A DNA stretch of 64,000 bases, taken from Minisyncoccota bacterium. GTDB lineage: Bacteria; Patescibacteriota; Minisyncoccia; Moranbacterales; UBA1568. Within the stretch, counting starts at the first letter, position 1; every line of letters begins with the position of its first letter. The position numbers and the translations under genes were made by a program. The stretch lies in contig JBPPMJ010000006.1 of NCBI GenBank assembly GCA_051306005.1, forward strand, positions 91,296-155,295. Reading direction: 5' to 3'. The notes below the pieces were generated by a model. The model was given only the letters and a program-made list of their open reading frames with translations, made no database searches and was not told where the DNA came from. Positions 31,617 through 41,307 of the stretch are shown piece after piece.

Positions 31617-33026
31617 ATGTTGCAAGCATCATTTTTCAAAAATAAACGTATCACTGTCTTTGGTCTCGGCTTGAATATGGGCGGAGTTGGCACAGTGAAG
31701 TTTTTGGCAGAGCAAGGCGCAAGAGAAATTATTGTGACAGATATTAAAAGTCGTTCTGAATTGGGTCCGGCGTTGGAAAAACTTGCGAAATACAAACAGG
31801 TGAAATACGTACTTGGTCAGCACCGACCAGAGGATTTCACTCATTCCGATATGGTTATCAAAAATCCAGTGATTCCTTGGACCAACGAATATATTAAGCT
31901 TGCAGAAAAGAATGGTGTGCCCGTGGAAATGGATTCTGGTATTTTTTTTGCGCTCTGTAAAAACCCTATTATTGGTGTGACTGGCACAAAAGGCAAAACG
32001 ACTACCGCTACTTTAATAGCGCATGTGTTGGAAAAAACTAAAAAACGCGTTGTTAAAGTAGGTATCGGACAGGTGGGTGTTTTGGGAACATTGGCAAATC
32101 TGACACCGGAGAGTGTGGTTGTTTTTGAGTTGTCTTCTTGGCGCCTCTCCGCTTTAGGGCGTCTCAAAAAAAGTCCCCATGTCGCCGTTTTTACGAATAT
32201 ATACCCGGATCATTTGAACTATTATAAGACTCTAGAAACATATGTTGCTGATAAGAAAAACATTTTTTTATTTCAACGGCATCAGGATTTTTTGATTGCG
32301 AATTTCGACAATGTTTTGGTGCGCAACCTGACACAGGATGCCATGCGTAGTACAGTGATTTATTTTACACAAAGCAATGAGGTAGATGGAGATGGTGCAT
32401 GGATTCAGCAAAGAGCAATCCATATACGTAAACAGGGGCAGGAACAATTTCTGATTGCGCTTGCGGACATTCCTTTGCGCGGAGAACATAACGTTGGCAA
32501 CATTTTGGCGACAGTGAATGCGCTTTTAGCGTATGGTTTGACACCAGCGCAGATCGTAAATGGTATCAAAAGTTTTCCAGGTGTCCCACACCGTCTAGAA
32601 CATATCCGTGACAAACAAGGTGTACAGTATTATAATGATACCGCTGCTACCATTCCCGAAGCAACCATCGCTTCCATTTCTGCATTTACTGAGCCCCTTA
32701 TTTTGATTGCTGGAGGCAGTGATAAATCTTTAGTGTTCGATGCTTTGGCCTCTTTAGTATGTCAGCGTGTCAAAACTTTGATTTTGTTTTCAGGGACAGC
32801 TACGGAAAAATTTTTATACGCACTGAAAAAAGAAATGAGTAACAATAAAATTATGCTTGTTTACCATATGGTGGAAAATATGACGGATGCGATAGCCTTG
32901 GCATCACACGAAGCACAGACAGGAGATGTCGTATTACTTTCCCCGGGCGCAGCAAGCTTTGGCATTTTTAAAAATGAATTTGATCGGGGCGAGCAATTCC
33001 GTCAAGAGGTTTTGGCACTCACATAA
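31617..33026 (+). CDS. murD: UDP-MurNAc-L-Ala--D-Glu ligase
   Basis: GVTGTKGKTTT, ELSSW, DHLNYY, PHRLE, YYNDT, LSPGAAS. Confidence 0.95.
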   Translation: MLQASFFKNKRITVFGLGLNMGGVGTVKFLAEQGAREIIVTDIKSRSELGPALEKLAKYKQVKYVLGQHRPEDFTHSDMVIKNPVIPWTNEYIKLAEKNGVPVEMDSGIFFALCKNPIIGVTGTKGKTTTATLIAHVLEKTKKRVVKVGIGQVGVLGTLANLTPESVVVFELSSWRLSALGRLKKSPHVAVFTNIYPDHLNYYKTLETYVADKKNIFLFQRHQDFLIANFDNVLVRNLTQDAMRSTVIYFTQSNEVDGDGAWIQQRAIHIRKQGQEQFLIALADIPLRGEHNVGNILATVNALLAYGLTPAQIVNGIKSFPGVPHRLEHIRDKQGVQYYNDTAATIPEATIASISAFTEPLILIAGGSDKSLVFDALASLVCQRVKTLILFSGTATEKFLYALKKEMSNNKIMLVYHMVENMTDAIALASHEAQTGDVVLLSPGAASFGIFKNEFDRGEQFRQEVLALT

Positions 33027-33077
33027 GGCACGTCTGTTATTTATGGATGGATAGATAATTTTGTTTTAGTAAGAAAT

Positions 33078-34001
33078 ATGTATGATGTAGTCATTATTGG
33101 AGGAGGGCCGGGCGGTGTGGCAGCTGGCGTGTATACTGCTCGTAAGCAATTACGAGTATTGTTTCTTACGGAAAATTTTAACAGTCAATCTACCGTATCG
33201 GCGAGTATTGAAAATTGGATTGGAACGGAGATGATTACTGGCTGGGACTTTGGACAATCCTTGGAGAAGCATTTGCGCGCTCAGCCAAACATTGAAATTC
33301 ACACTGATGCTCGCGTCGTACGTGTGGCAAAAAATGCAGAAAATATCGGCTATAGTATTGAGACACACCAAGGAGCGCGTTATGAAAGTAAGACGATAAT
33401 TATTGCTTCTGGTGGACGTCATCGTCATTTGAATGTTCCTGGCGAAGAGCAATTGAATGGTAAAGGGGTAGCGTACTGCTCGACCTGTGATGCACCATTT
33501 TTTCGAGGGAAGAAAGTAGCGGTGGTAGGTGGTGGAAACGCGGGTTTGGAAGCTGTGGAAGATTTATTACCTTACGCTGATGAAATCGTTTTATTAGTGC
33601 GTTCTGATGAAGTCAAAGGAGACCAGGTAACACAAGAAAAAGTTTTGAATTCTTCCAAAGTGAGTGTACGGTATTCTACCGTCATCGAAGAAATTCTGGG
33701 AACCGACAAGGTAACTGGTATACGTATCAAGGAAATGCGCACTGATGAGGATTATGTCGTACATGTGGATGGTGTTTTTGTGGAAATCGGTATGGTACCG
33801 AATACAGAATTTCTTACGGACGTGCTCACACTGAATGCGCGTGGCGAAGTGGTGGTAGATGGGCGTACAACGACAACCGCTGAACCAGGCATCTTTGCCG
33901 TGGGCGATGCGACAGACTTGCCGTATAAACAGAACAATATTTCTGCTGGTTATGGTGTGGTAGCAGCGCTTTCAGCCTATGATTATCTCCGCAAACAATA
34001 G
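33078..34001 (+). CDS. Thioredoxin reductase / AhpF C-terminal-like FAD disulfide reductase
   Basis: IGGGPGG, YCSTCD redox motif, VGGGNAG, FAVGD, PYKQ. Confidence 0.9.
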   Translation: MYDVVIIGGGPGGVAAGVYTARKQLRVLFLTENFNSQSTVSASIENWIGTEMITGWDFGQSLEKHLRAQPNIEIHTDARVVRVAKNAENIGYSIETHQGARYESKTIIIASGGRHRHLNVPGEEQLNGKGVAYCSTCDAPFFRGKKVAVVGGGNAGLEAVEDLLPYADEIVLLVRSDEVKGDQVTQEKVLNSSKVSVRYSTVIEEILGTDKVTGIRIKEMRTDEDYVVHVDGVFVEIGMVPNTEFLTDVLTLNARGEVVVDGRTTTTAEPGIFAVGDATDLPYKQNNISAGYGVVAALSAYDYLRKQ

Positions 34002-34012
34002 GGTGTTGCGTG

Positions 34013-34041
34013 TTGATTTCCTCTTGATTGTACGCTATACT
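34013..34041 (+). promoter_or_regulatory. Promoter for murA-mreB
   Basis: TTGATT-17 nt-TATACT. Confidence 0.55.
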
Positions 34042-34076
34042 CACTCTATGTTCAGAAATAGTAAGCCCAATCACCT

Positions 34077-35339
34077 ATGGAAGTGTTTGAGATACGAGGG
34101 GGCAAGTCTTTGCGGGGAGAAATTGTTGTGAGTGGTTCCAAAAATGCTACGACACCGATTTTAGCAGCGACTTTACTGACGCGGGAAACATGTGTGCTCT
34201 CAAATATCCCTTTAATTGAGGATGTGTTTCGTATGCTTGAAATATTGGAAAGTATGGGTGCCCGAGTAGAATGGCGAGATAAACGAACGGTGGCAGTGAC
34301 AGCAGAAACTATTGATCCCGTACGGATGAATATCAATGCTGTCAAGCAAATTCGATCTTCTATCCTTCTTCTGGGAGCGCTTTCAGCCAGATTTGATCAA
34401 TTTGATTTTTATCATCCTGGAGGATGCCTTATTGGTGCGCGTCCAGTCGGGACGCATTTTGATGCTTTGGAAAAATTAGGTGTTACGATTACGGCACAAG
34501 AGAAGCAATATCATATCAACGCCAGTCAGCGCACAGCACGGACAGTGGTGTTGCGTGAAATGTCTGTGACTGCTACGGAAAATGTGATGATGTTGGCTAC
34601 ACGCTGTCCTGGCAAAACTACTATCAAAATTGCTGCCACTGAACCTCATGTGGAAGATTTGGGAAAATTTTTACAAGCTATTGGAGTTTCTGTTACCGGA
34701 CTGGGTACGCATAATATAGGGATTGAGGGAAATGCCGTATTACACGGTGCGGAGCACACCATTATTTCTGACGCCAATGAAGCTGCCACTTTCTTAATTT
34801 TGGGTGCTGCGACGGGAAGTCATTTGACGGTCAAGAACGCTCGTGAAGAGCACTTGGATCTTGTATTGGAAAAACTGAGGGAATTCGGTGTGTCATTTGA
34901 GATAACAGAAAATACGATTACCGTTTTACCATGCACGAAATTACAAGCAGTCAAGAAACTAGAAACACGTACTTATCCTGGTATTCCAACTGATGTGCAG
35001 GCTCCTTTTGGAGTATTAGCAACGCAGGCTATTGGCGATACGTTAATTTTTGATACTTTGTTTGAGGGACGTTTTAATTACGTAACAGAATTGGAGAAAA
35101 TGGGTGGTAAAGCGCTTGTTTTGAACCCGCACCAGGTTCTGATATCCGGTAAAACCAAGTTGCGAGGCACGGTCATCAAGAGTTATGATTTGCGAGCTGG
35201 AGCAGCGTTGATTATTGCGGCATTGACTGCAGATGGACGAACGATTATCGAAGATATTTATCAGGTTGATCGGGGATATGAACGCATTGAAGAACGTTTA
35301 CAGAAAATCGGTGCGGATATACATCGAATTGAAGTATAA
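34077..35339 (+). CDS. murA: UDP-GlcNAc 1-carboxyvinyltransferase
   Basis: SGSKNA, PGGCLIGARP (active-site Cys), PTDVQA, DLRAGAAL, DRGYE. Confidence 0.97.
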   Translation: MEVFEIRGGKSLRGEIVVSGSKNATTPILAATLLTRETCVLSNIPLIEDVFRMLEILESMGARVEWRDKRTVAVTAETIDPVRMNINAVKQIRSSILLLGALSARFDQFDFYHPGGCLIGARPVGTHFDALEKLGVTITAQEKQYHINASQRTARTVVLREMSVTATENVMMLATRCPGKTTIKIAATEPHVEDLGKFLQAIGVSVTGLGTHNIGIEGNAVLHGAEHTIISDANEAATFLILGAATGSHLTVKNAREEHLDLVLEKLREFGVSFEITENTITVLPCTKLQAVKKLETRTYPGIPTDVQAPFGVLATQAIGDTLIFDTLFEGRFNYVTELEKMGGKALVLNPHQVLISGKTKLRGTVIKSYDLRAGAALIIAALTADGRTIIEDIYQVDRGYERIEERLQKIGADIHRIEV

Positions 35340-35371
35340 AAAAAATAAGAGAATATTTTTGAACGGTTACT

Positions 35372-36394
35372 GTGTCTATGAAGTCTATGTTTTTGCGGAA
35401 AATCGGTATTGATTTGGGTACGGCCAATACACTGGTGTTCGTGCCCGGTCAAGGGGTGATTATCAATGAGCCATCTGTTGTGGCGATTTCGTTGTTGGAA
35501 AACAAAGTGTTAGCTGTGGGGAATGAAGCTAAAGAAATGTTGGGGCGGACACCGGATACCATCGTCGCTAGTCGTCCGCTCAAAGACGGAGCAATTGCGG
35601 ACTATCGTATTACCGAAGCAATGCTGAAATATTTTTTGAATCAGGCAAGTGGGCGTTTCCGTTTCATTCGACCGGAAGTGGTTTTATCGATACCTGCCGG
35701 TGTCACTTCGACTGAGCGCCGTGCCGTTATTGATGCGGCTCTCAAAGCAGGTGCCAAGTCAGCCTATGTGGTCAAAGAGCCTATTTTGGCCGCTATCGGA
35801 GCAGGTATTCCGATTCATACCGCGCAGGGCAATATGATTATTAATATCGGCGGAGGAACGTCGGAAATAGCTATTATTTCTTTAGGAGGCATCGTAGCAG
35901 CACATAGTGCACGGGTTGGAGGTAACCGTATCGATCAATCCATTTCGGATTATATTAAACGGAAATATAGCTTAGCGGTTGGTGATCGAACCGCTGAAGA
36001 AGTGAAGATTAAAATAGGATCGGCAATTGCGCAAGTCAAAGAAGATCATATGGAGGTGCGTGGACGGGATTTAATGGGCGGATTACCAAAAACGGTGACA
36101 TTATCTTCCAATGAAATAACAGAGGCCATTCAAGATGAATTACGAGAAATCATTAATGTTATCAAGCAGGTGTTACAAGAAACACCTCCTGAACTGGCAG
36201 CCGATATTATGGATAAGGGAATGGTCTTGTCGGGAGGGACGGCACAGCTCCGTTATTTGGATCAACTTATTTCCAAAACCATCAACGTGCCTTGTTATGT
36301 TGCTGATGATCCAGCTTTTTGTGTCGTCCGTGGGACTGGCATCGTTTTGGAAAATTTAGAAGTGTATAAAAGAAGTATCATGTTGGCCAAGTAA
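35372..36394 (+). CDS. mreB: Rod shape-determining protein MreB/Mbl
   Basis: IGIDLGTANT, RPLKDG, IGGGTSE, TPPELAADI; true start probably 35378 or 35387. Confidence 0.97.
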   Translation: MSMKSMFLRKIGIDLGTANTLVFVPGQGVIINEPSVVAISLLENKVLAVGNEAKEMLGRTPDTIVASRPLKDGAIADYRITEAMLKYFLNQASGRFRFIRPEVVLSIPAGVTSTERRAVIDAALKAGAKSAYVVKEPILAAIGAGIPIHTAQGNMIINIGGGTSEIAIISLGGIVAAHSARVGGNRIDQSISDYIKRKYSLAVGDRTAEEVKIKIGSAIAQVKEDHMEVRGRDLMGGLPKTVTLSSNEITEAIQDELREIINVIKQVLQETPPELAADIMDKGMVLSGGTAQLRYLDQLISKTINVPCYVADDPAFCVVRGTGIVLENLEVYKRSIMLAK

Positions 36395-36468
36395 TGAATG
36401 CACAAACAGTGATGAATGAAACACAACATTTCACACGCTGAGTACCGACAGTTTTTATGTATTGCACT

Positions 36469-37587
36469 ATGGTTATTGGCATTGATGCGTCACGGGCATG
36501 CTTGCGACATCGGACTGGTATCGAGGAATATGCGTATCAAATTATCCGTCATGCACGTGCTTATATTCCTGACACCGATCGAGTTATTTTGTATGTTCGT
36601 GCAAAACGACGATTTGTACGAGGACGTCTGATGACTGAAGTACCAACGCTGGATTTTTCTTTACCACATCATTGGGAAATACGCGGTATTTGGGCACCTC
36701 GTTTCTGGACGCAGATTTCGCTGTCGTGGGAAATGTGGCGGAGAGCGCCGGATGTTTTGTTTATACCAGCTCATACCATTCCATTTATTCATCCACGCAA
36801 GACAATCGTCACCATCCATGGATTGGAGTATGAATTTTGTCCTGAGGGTTATTCTCATTGGGCGCGTTGGTATATGCGCTTCTCCATACGTTTTTCTTGT
36901 CGTGCTGCCAAGACCATTATCTGTGTTTCGCATAATACGAAGCGCGATGTGATGCGTTTGTATGCAGTGCCAACGGACAAAATAGTGGTCGTGGCAGAAG
37001 GGTATGGTCGCCCACCTTCGCAGAAAACGAAGGTGTTAGCAACTGACCATACGCCTTATATACTTTTTATCGGAAGGCTTGAAGCCAGAAAGAATATTGT
37101 GCGTCTCATTCAAGCCTTTTCTCTTCTCAAAAAAAAATTCGCTATTCCGCATACACTTGTTTTGATTGGTAAATCTGGCTATGGCTATGCTGATATCTTG
37201 ACGGCACATCAAGCAGATTTTTTTGGTGCATTTATTCAAGAGCTTGGGTATGTGACGGAGACGGAAAAATGGCATTGGCTCGCGCATGCCGATATTTTTG
37301 CCTTTCCTACCTTGTACGAAGGGTTTGGTATTCCTGTGTTGGAAGCACAGAGTATGGGTGTTCCAGTTGTGACGGCGTATCGTGCTTCTTTACCGGAAGT
37401 AGCGGCGGAGGGCGCAGTGTATGTCAATCCAGAGAGTGTGGAAAGTATTGCGGATGGACTTTGGCGAGTCATTTCGGAAAAGACGGTGCGGGATGGTATA
37501 ATAGATAAAGGCCAGATCAACAGAATGCGTTTCAGTTGGGCAATGTCTGCCCAAGAAGTTGTACGGATTCTTGACTGTGAAAAGTAA
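36469..37587 (+). CDS. GT4 glycosyltransferase
   Basis: IGIDA, RTGIEEY, GRLEARKN, EGFGIPVLEA. Confidence 0.92.
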   Translation: MVIGIDASRACLRHRTGIEEYAYQIIRHARAYIPDTDRVILYVRAKRRFVRGRLMTEVPTLDFSLPHHWEIRGIWAPRFWTQISLSWEMWRRAPDVLFIPAHTIPFIHPRKTIVTIHGLEYEFCPEGYSHWARWYMRFSIRFSCRAAKTIICVSHNTKRDVMRLYAVPTDKIVVVAEGYGRPPSQKTKVLATDHTPYILFIGRLEARKNIVRLIQAFSLLKKKFAIPHTLVLIGKSGYGYADILTAHQADFFGAFIQELGYVTETEKWHWLAHADIFAFPTLYEGFGIPVLEAQSMGVPVVTAYRASLPEVAAEGAVYVNPESVESIADGLWRVISEKTVRDGIIDKGQINRMRFSWAMSAQEVVRILDCEK

Positions 37588-37588
37588 A

Positions 37589-37620
37589 AAAGCGGTCCAC
37601 AAAATAATGTGAATCGCTTT
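37589..37620. terminator. Hairpin/terminator after first GT4
   Basis: aaagcggtccaca-aaataa-tgtgaatcgcttt imperfect stem. Confidence 0.5.
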
Positions 37621-37663
37621 GGATGGGCACAGCGTGCCTCATCTTGGTGTGTTTTCTCAGTCT

Positions 37664-37924
37664 TTAAATTCTAAAGCTGGTAAGCCTAAGTACAATGTCA
37701 TAGAAGTACACGAGTAGGCCAAGGTACCAAGGGGTTGTGCCGAGAATAAATGTGTAGATTCCCATAGATAGGCAATTATAGAATCCGATGAGTATGTATA
37801 TCCCATCCAGCGTGAGAATAATCCCACCGATAAGAAAAACAAGTATATGGAAAACCGTTTTTTCATTTTCAATCTCCTTAAAGAACACGTAAACCACGAT
37901 TAGTGTACCGCCCATGTAACACAT
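37664..37924 (-). CDS. Possible small membrane protein or gene remnant
   Basis: 86-aa hydrophobic ORF between two GT4 genes on the opposite strand; no family recognised. Confidence 0.3.
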   Translation of the reverse strand: MCYMGGTLIVVYVFFKEIENEKTVFHILVFLIGGIILTLDGIYILIGFYNCLSMGIYTFILGTTPWYLGLLVYFYDIVLRLTSFRI

Positions 37925-37929
37925 ATTTT

Positions 37930-39093
37930 ATGGATAGCCAAGAATTAAAGCAAAGTGCTCAGCATCTGCAAAAAGTGGCTCTCGTCCATGATTTTTTGAC
38001 CGTATACGGGGGAGCGGAGCGGGTATTTGGAGCAATCGCTGAAATCTTTCCCGAAGCACCGATTTATACATTGTTGGCAGATTCTCGTATTACGGAGCGT
38101 TATTTTTTCGGACATTCAATTCGAACATCATGGATTGGACGATTGCCTCATTTTTTGCGCCAACGTTACCGCTGGTTTCTGCCTTTTTTCCCTGTTGCGG
38201 TTGAGTCCTTTGATTTGCGGGATTTTGATATAGTAATTTCATCGTCTGGCGCTTGGAGTAAAGGTATTATTACGCGTCTCAATACCCGGCATATCGCTTA
38301 TGTGCATTCGCCGATGCGTTATGTTTGGGACTATCACGAGCAATACCTTATGGAACTGGGTGGACATAGCGGGAAAATGAATCTTTTGACGCGTGCGCTG
38401 CTGTCTTATCTGCGGATTTGGGATCGTCAGGCAGCGGAACGTCCTGATGTGTTGTTGGTCAACTCACATTTTACACAACAGCGTGTCAATAAGTACTATC
38501 GACGAGACAGCGTTTTACTCTATCCTGGCGCATTGAGCTTGGCTGAGCAAACCCCTCCGCTCCCTTCTGATATTGCACCGTTGCCACGAGAACATTTTCT
38601 TTTGGTATCACGTTTGACACGTTCCAAGAAGATCATGCCGGTCATTGAGGCGTTCAATAAGTTGGGACTGCAGTTGGTGATCGTGGGAAGCGGACCAGAA
38701 CGGCGGGCATTGGAAAAAATAGCGGGTAAACATATTCGTTTTGTGGGTTTTGTAGAAGATGCTATGTTGGTGATGTTGTATCGTCAGGCACGAGCTGTCA
38801 TTTTCCCTTCAGAGGAAGACTTTGGTATGGTAGCTGTGGAAGCACTTTCATTTGGATCGCCTGTGGTGGCTTATGAATATGGTGGTATCCGTGAAATTGT
38901 CCACCCTGGTATAACGGGGGAATTGTTTCGTGCGCAAACATCGGAAATTATTGCAGAAGGCATTCGTCGTTTTTTGGTACGCGAAGGACAATATGATATG
39001 GTTGTTATGCGTCAATCCGTGGCTTCTTTTACCAAAAAACGGTTTCAGGATGGCCTGAAACGATTCTTGGAAACGCAGAGTTCTGGATTTTGA
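37930..39093 (+). CDS. GT4 glycosyltransferase
   Basis: VALVHDFL..YGGAERV, HSPMRY.WD, EEDFGMVAVEA. Confidence 0.92.
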   Translation: MDSQELKQSAQHLQKVALVHDFLTVYGGAERVFGAIAEIFPEAPIYTLLADSRITERYFFGHSIRTSWIGRLPHFLRQRYRWFLPFFPVAVESFDLRDFDIVISSSGAWSKGIITRLNTRHIAYVHSPMRYVWDYHEQYLMELGGHSGKMNLLTRALLSYLRIWDRQAAERPDVLLVNSHFTQQRVNKYYRRDSVLLYPGALSLAEQTPPLPSDIAPLPREHFLLVSRLTRSKKIMPVIEAFNKLGLQLVIVGSGPERRALEKIAGKHIRFVGFVEDAMLVMLYRQARAVIFPSEEDFGMVAVEALSFGSPVVAYEYGGIREIVHPGITGELFRAQTSEIIAEGIRRFLVREGQYDMVVMRQSVASFTKKRFQDGLKRFLETQSSGF

Positions 39094-39147
39094 TGTTAAT
39101 AGAAAGACCCTAAGAACAGTTGCAAAAGAGGAAATAATGTTTCGTGT

Positions 39148-40053
39148 ATGCATATTATCGGTCACCAGAAAGAACGGGAGCGCTTGCAAAAGAATGCAAT
39201 GCGTGATTCTTTGGTACACAGTTATCTCTTTTTTGGTCCTGGGAGTATTGGCAAATATCTGTGTGCTCAAGAATTTGCCTGGCAACTAACAGGGGTACTT
39301 GATTTTCAGCCGAGTGAAGGCATGCCTTCTCCTCCAGATGTCTTGATCATTGCGCCTGCAATGGAAGTCAAGCGTGGTGTCATAAAATACAAGAATATTT
39401 CCGCAGAAACAGTGCGGAATGCTCTTGAATTTCTTGCCCAGTTTCCGCTCACTGGGCGTTTTCGAGTGTTGATTATCGATGACGCTGACAAGATGTCGTT
39501 GACTGCGCAGAACATTCTGCTCAAGACTCTGGAAGAGGCACGCTCAACCGCCATTATTATTTTGGTAACGAACGAAAAAGGCAGTATCTTGCCTACCATT
39601 GTATCACGTGTTGAAAAAGTGCGTTTTGGGTATGTGCCTGCAACGGAAATACGAGCGGGCGTGAGTTCAATGCTGCCTCGGGAAACACGAGAAAGCATTG
39701 CCTCATTCTTTTTTGATCTCGGTCGACCAGGTATTATCTTAACCGCTCTTCAGAATCCAAAACGTTTTCTGAAGGATAAAGATATCTTGGAAAAATTATT
39801 TCAACTGTCCCGTCTTTCATTGTCGGAGCGGATGCGATTGGCAGAGATATTGGCCAAAAATGTACCGGATACTTTGCGTCTCTTAGAATGGTGGTTACCG
39901 GGATTGCATGTGCAAGCCAAGAAATATACGGATTATTATTCAATGAAACGTTTTTTGGAAATGTTGCATCGAATAGAGCGTACTGTACGGTTGCTCAAGA
40001 CGACACAGGGCAATGCGCGTCTGTTGTTGGAAACATTGTTTTTTTCAGTGTAA
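39148..40053 (+). CDS. holB: DNA polymerase III delta' subunit-like clamp loader protein
   Basis: HSYLFFGPGSIGK, IIDDADKM, AQNILLKTLEE, LPTIVSR. Confidence 0.88.
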   Translation: MHIIGHQKERERLQKNAMRDSLVHSYLFFGPGSIGKYLCAQEFAWQLTGVLDFQPSEGMPSPPDVLIIAPAMEVKRGVIKYKNISAETVRNALEFLAQFPLTGRFRVLIIDDADKMSLTAQNILLKTLEEARSTAIIILVTNEKGSILPTIVSRVEKVRFGYVPATEIRAGVSSMLPRETRESIASFFFDLGRPGIILTALQNPKRFLKDKDILEKLFQLSRLSLSERMRLAEILAKNVPDTLRLLEWWLPGLHVQAKKYTDYYSMKRFLEMLHRIERTVRLLKTTQGNARLLLETLFFSV

Positions 40054-40054
40054 T

Positions 40055-41071
40055 ATGAGTGTTTTCAAAAAACGTATTGTAAAATCACGTACAGAAAAAA
40101 AGGCGACATTTCTTCGCAAAGAATTACCTCAGCGTCGCCAAGGACGTGCATTGATTATTCCGCGAGAGCAGAAAAAGCATTTTCCGTGGAGTGTCTATTT
40201 TCTATGGATATTCTTTTTGGGTACTTGTGTGTACCTGGTTTTTTTTTCTTCTTTCTTTTTAATACAATTGCCTGAAGTAGAGGGAACGGAGCAGATACGT
40301 ACTGAAGAGGTAGTATCAGTGTTGGATAATGTATTGTCTGGACAGTACTTTGGAGCAGTGTCGCGCCATAATTTTTTTATGATACGACCCAAAGCTCTGG
40401 AATCATTATTGAAACATGAGTTTCCTCTTTTTGCTGATGTTAATGTGCATCGTATTTTTCCAGATAGGCTTTCGATACGGGTGCTTGAACGGAAACATAT
40501 TCTTTTGTGGTGTGTGTCTGTCGATAGAGTCGAAATGGATTTATCTACAAAACAAAAGAACTGTGTTTTAGTGAATGAAGCAGGAATTGCTGAGGATGCA
40601 AATCGCTCCTTGGAAGAACAAAATGCACCATTTCGTGTTTTTATGATTGACACGAGCGGAAGATCTCTTGCTATCGGCGACAGTGTCATTACGCCTCAAT
40701 TTGGGGAATTTGTGTTGGATTTTTCAGATCTTTTTTCAGAGTACACTGAATTTACAGTGCAAAATAATTTTTTTACTTCATCGCGTTTTGCCAATGAAGT
40801 ACGTCTTGTGACCAATGAGGGATGGGAACTCTATGTGAGTGCGGATGTTTCTAGTGAAATATCTTTGCAGGCATTGCGTCTTTTATTGGAAAAGGAGATT
40901 CCTCAAGAAAAAAGAACACAATTAGCCTATATTGATTTGCGGACGGAAAATCGAGTGTACTATGCGTTTCGTGACGGGACTGGCGTAACAGAGGTCAAAG
41001 CGAGTACTCCTTCCAATACGCCACCGGTGACAGAAAAAAAAGCTGATGAACGAAAAAAAAGCAAACAATAA
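40055..41071 (+). CDS. FtsQ/DivIB-like protein
   Basis: Basic N-terminus, one TM, POTRA-like region (RIFPDRLSIRVLER), C-terminal YIDLRTENRVYY. Confidence 0.75.
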   Translation: MSVFKKRIVKSRTEKKATFLRKELPQRRQGRALIIPREQKKHFPWSVYFLWIFFLGTCVYLVFFSSFFLIQLPEVEGTEQIRTEEVVSVLDNVLSGQYFGAVSRHNFFMIRPKALESLLKHEFPLFADVNVHRIFPDRLSIRVLERKHILLWCVSVDRVEMDLSTKQKNCVLVNEAGIAEDANRSLEEQNAPFRVFMIDTSGRSLAIGDSVITPQFGEFVLDFSDLFSEYTEFTVQNNFFTSSRFANEVRLVTNEGWELYVSADVSSEISLQALRLLLEKEIPQEKRTQLAYIDLRTENRVYYAFRDGTGVTEVKASTPSNTPPVTEKKADERKKSKQ

Positions 41072-41072
41072 T

Positions 41073-41205
41073 TTTGAATATCTGAGATTCTCTGGAATTT
41101 TTTGGTTGTTCTGCTTGTCTGGGGTGAGGCTTTCGGTTCGGAAAAAAAGCTTCTCCGCCATCCTATAGGAGCTGTTTTTTCCAAGAGAATCCAAAAGTTT
41201 TCAAA
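41073..41205 (+). ncRNA. Candidate rod-like structured RNA
   Basis: Nested stems: tttgaa/ttcaaa, gattctc-tggaa/ttcca-a-gagaatc, ggggtgaggcttt/aaagcttctcc with G-U pairs favouring + strand. Confidence 0.4.
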
Positions 41206-41307
41206 TGAACTGCACCGGAATTGAAACAATTTCGCCACATAGTTCCCTAAAAAACTTTGGCATTTTTTTGATTTGTTTCACAGGTGATGTGATGCTTTTG
41301 TTATTCA

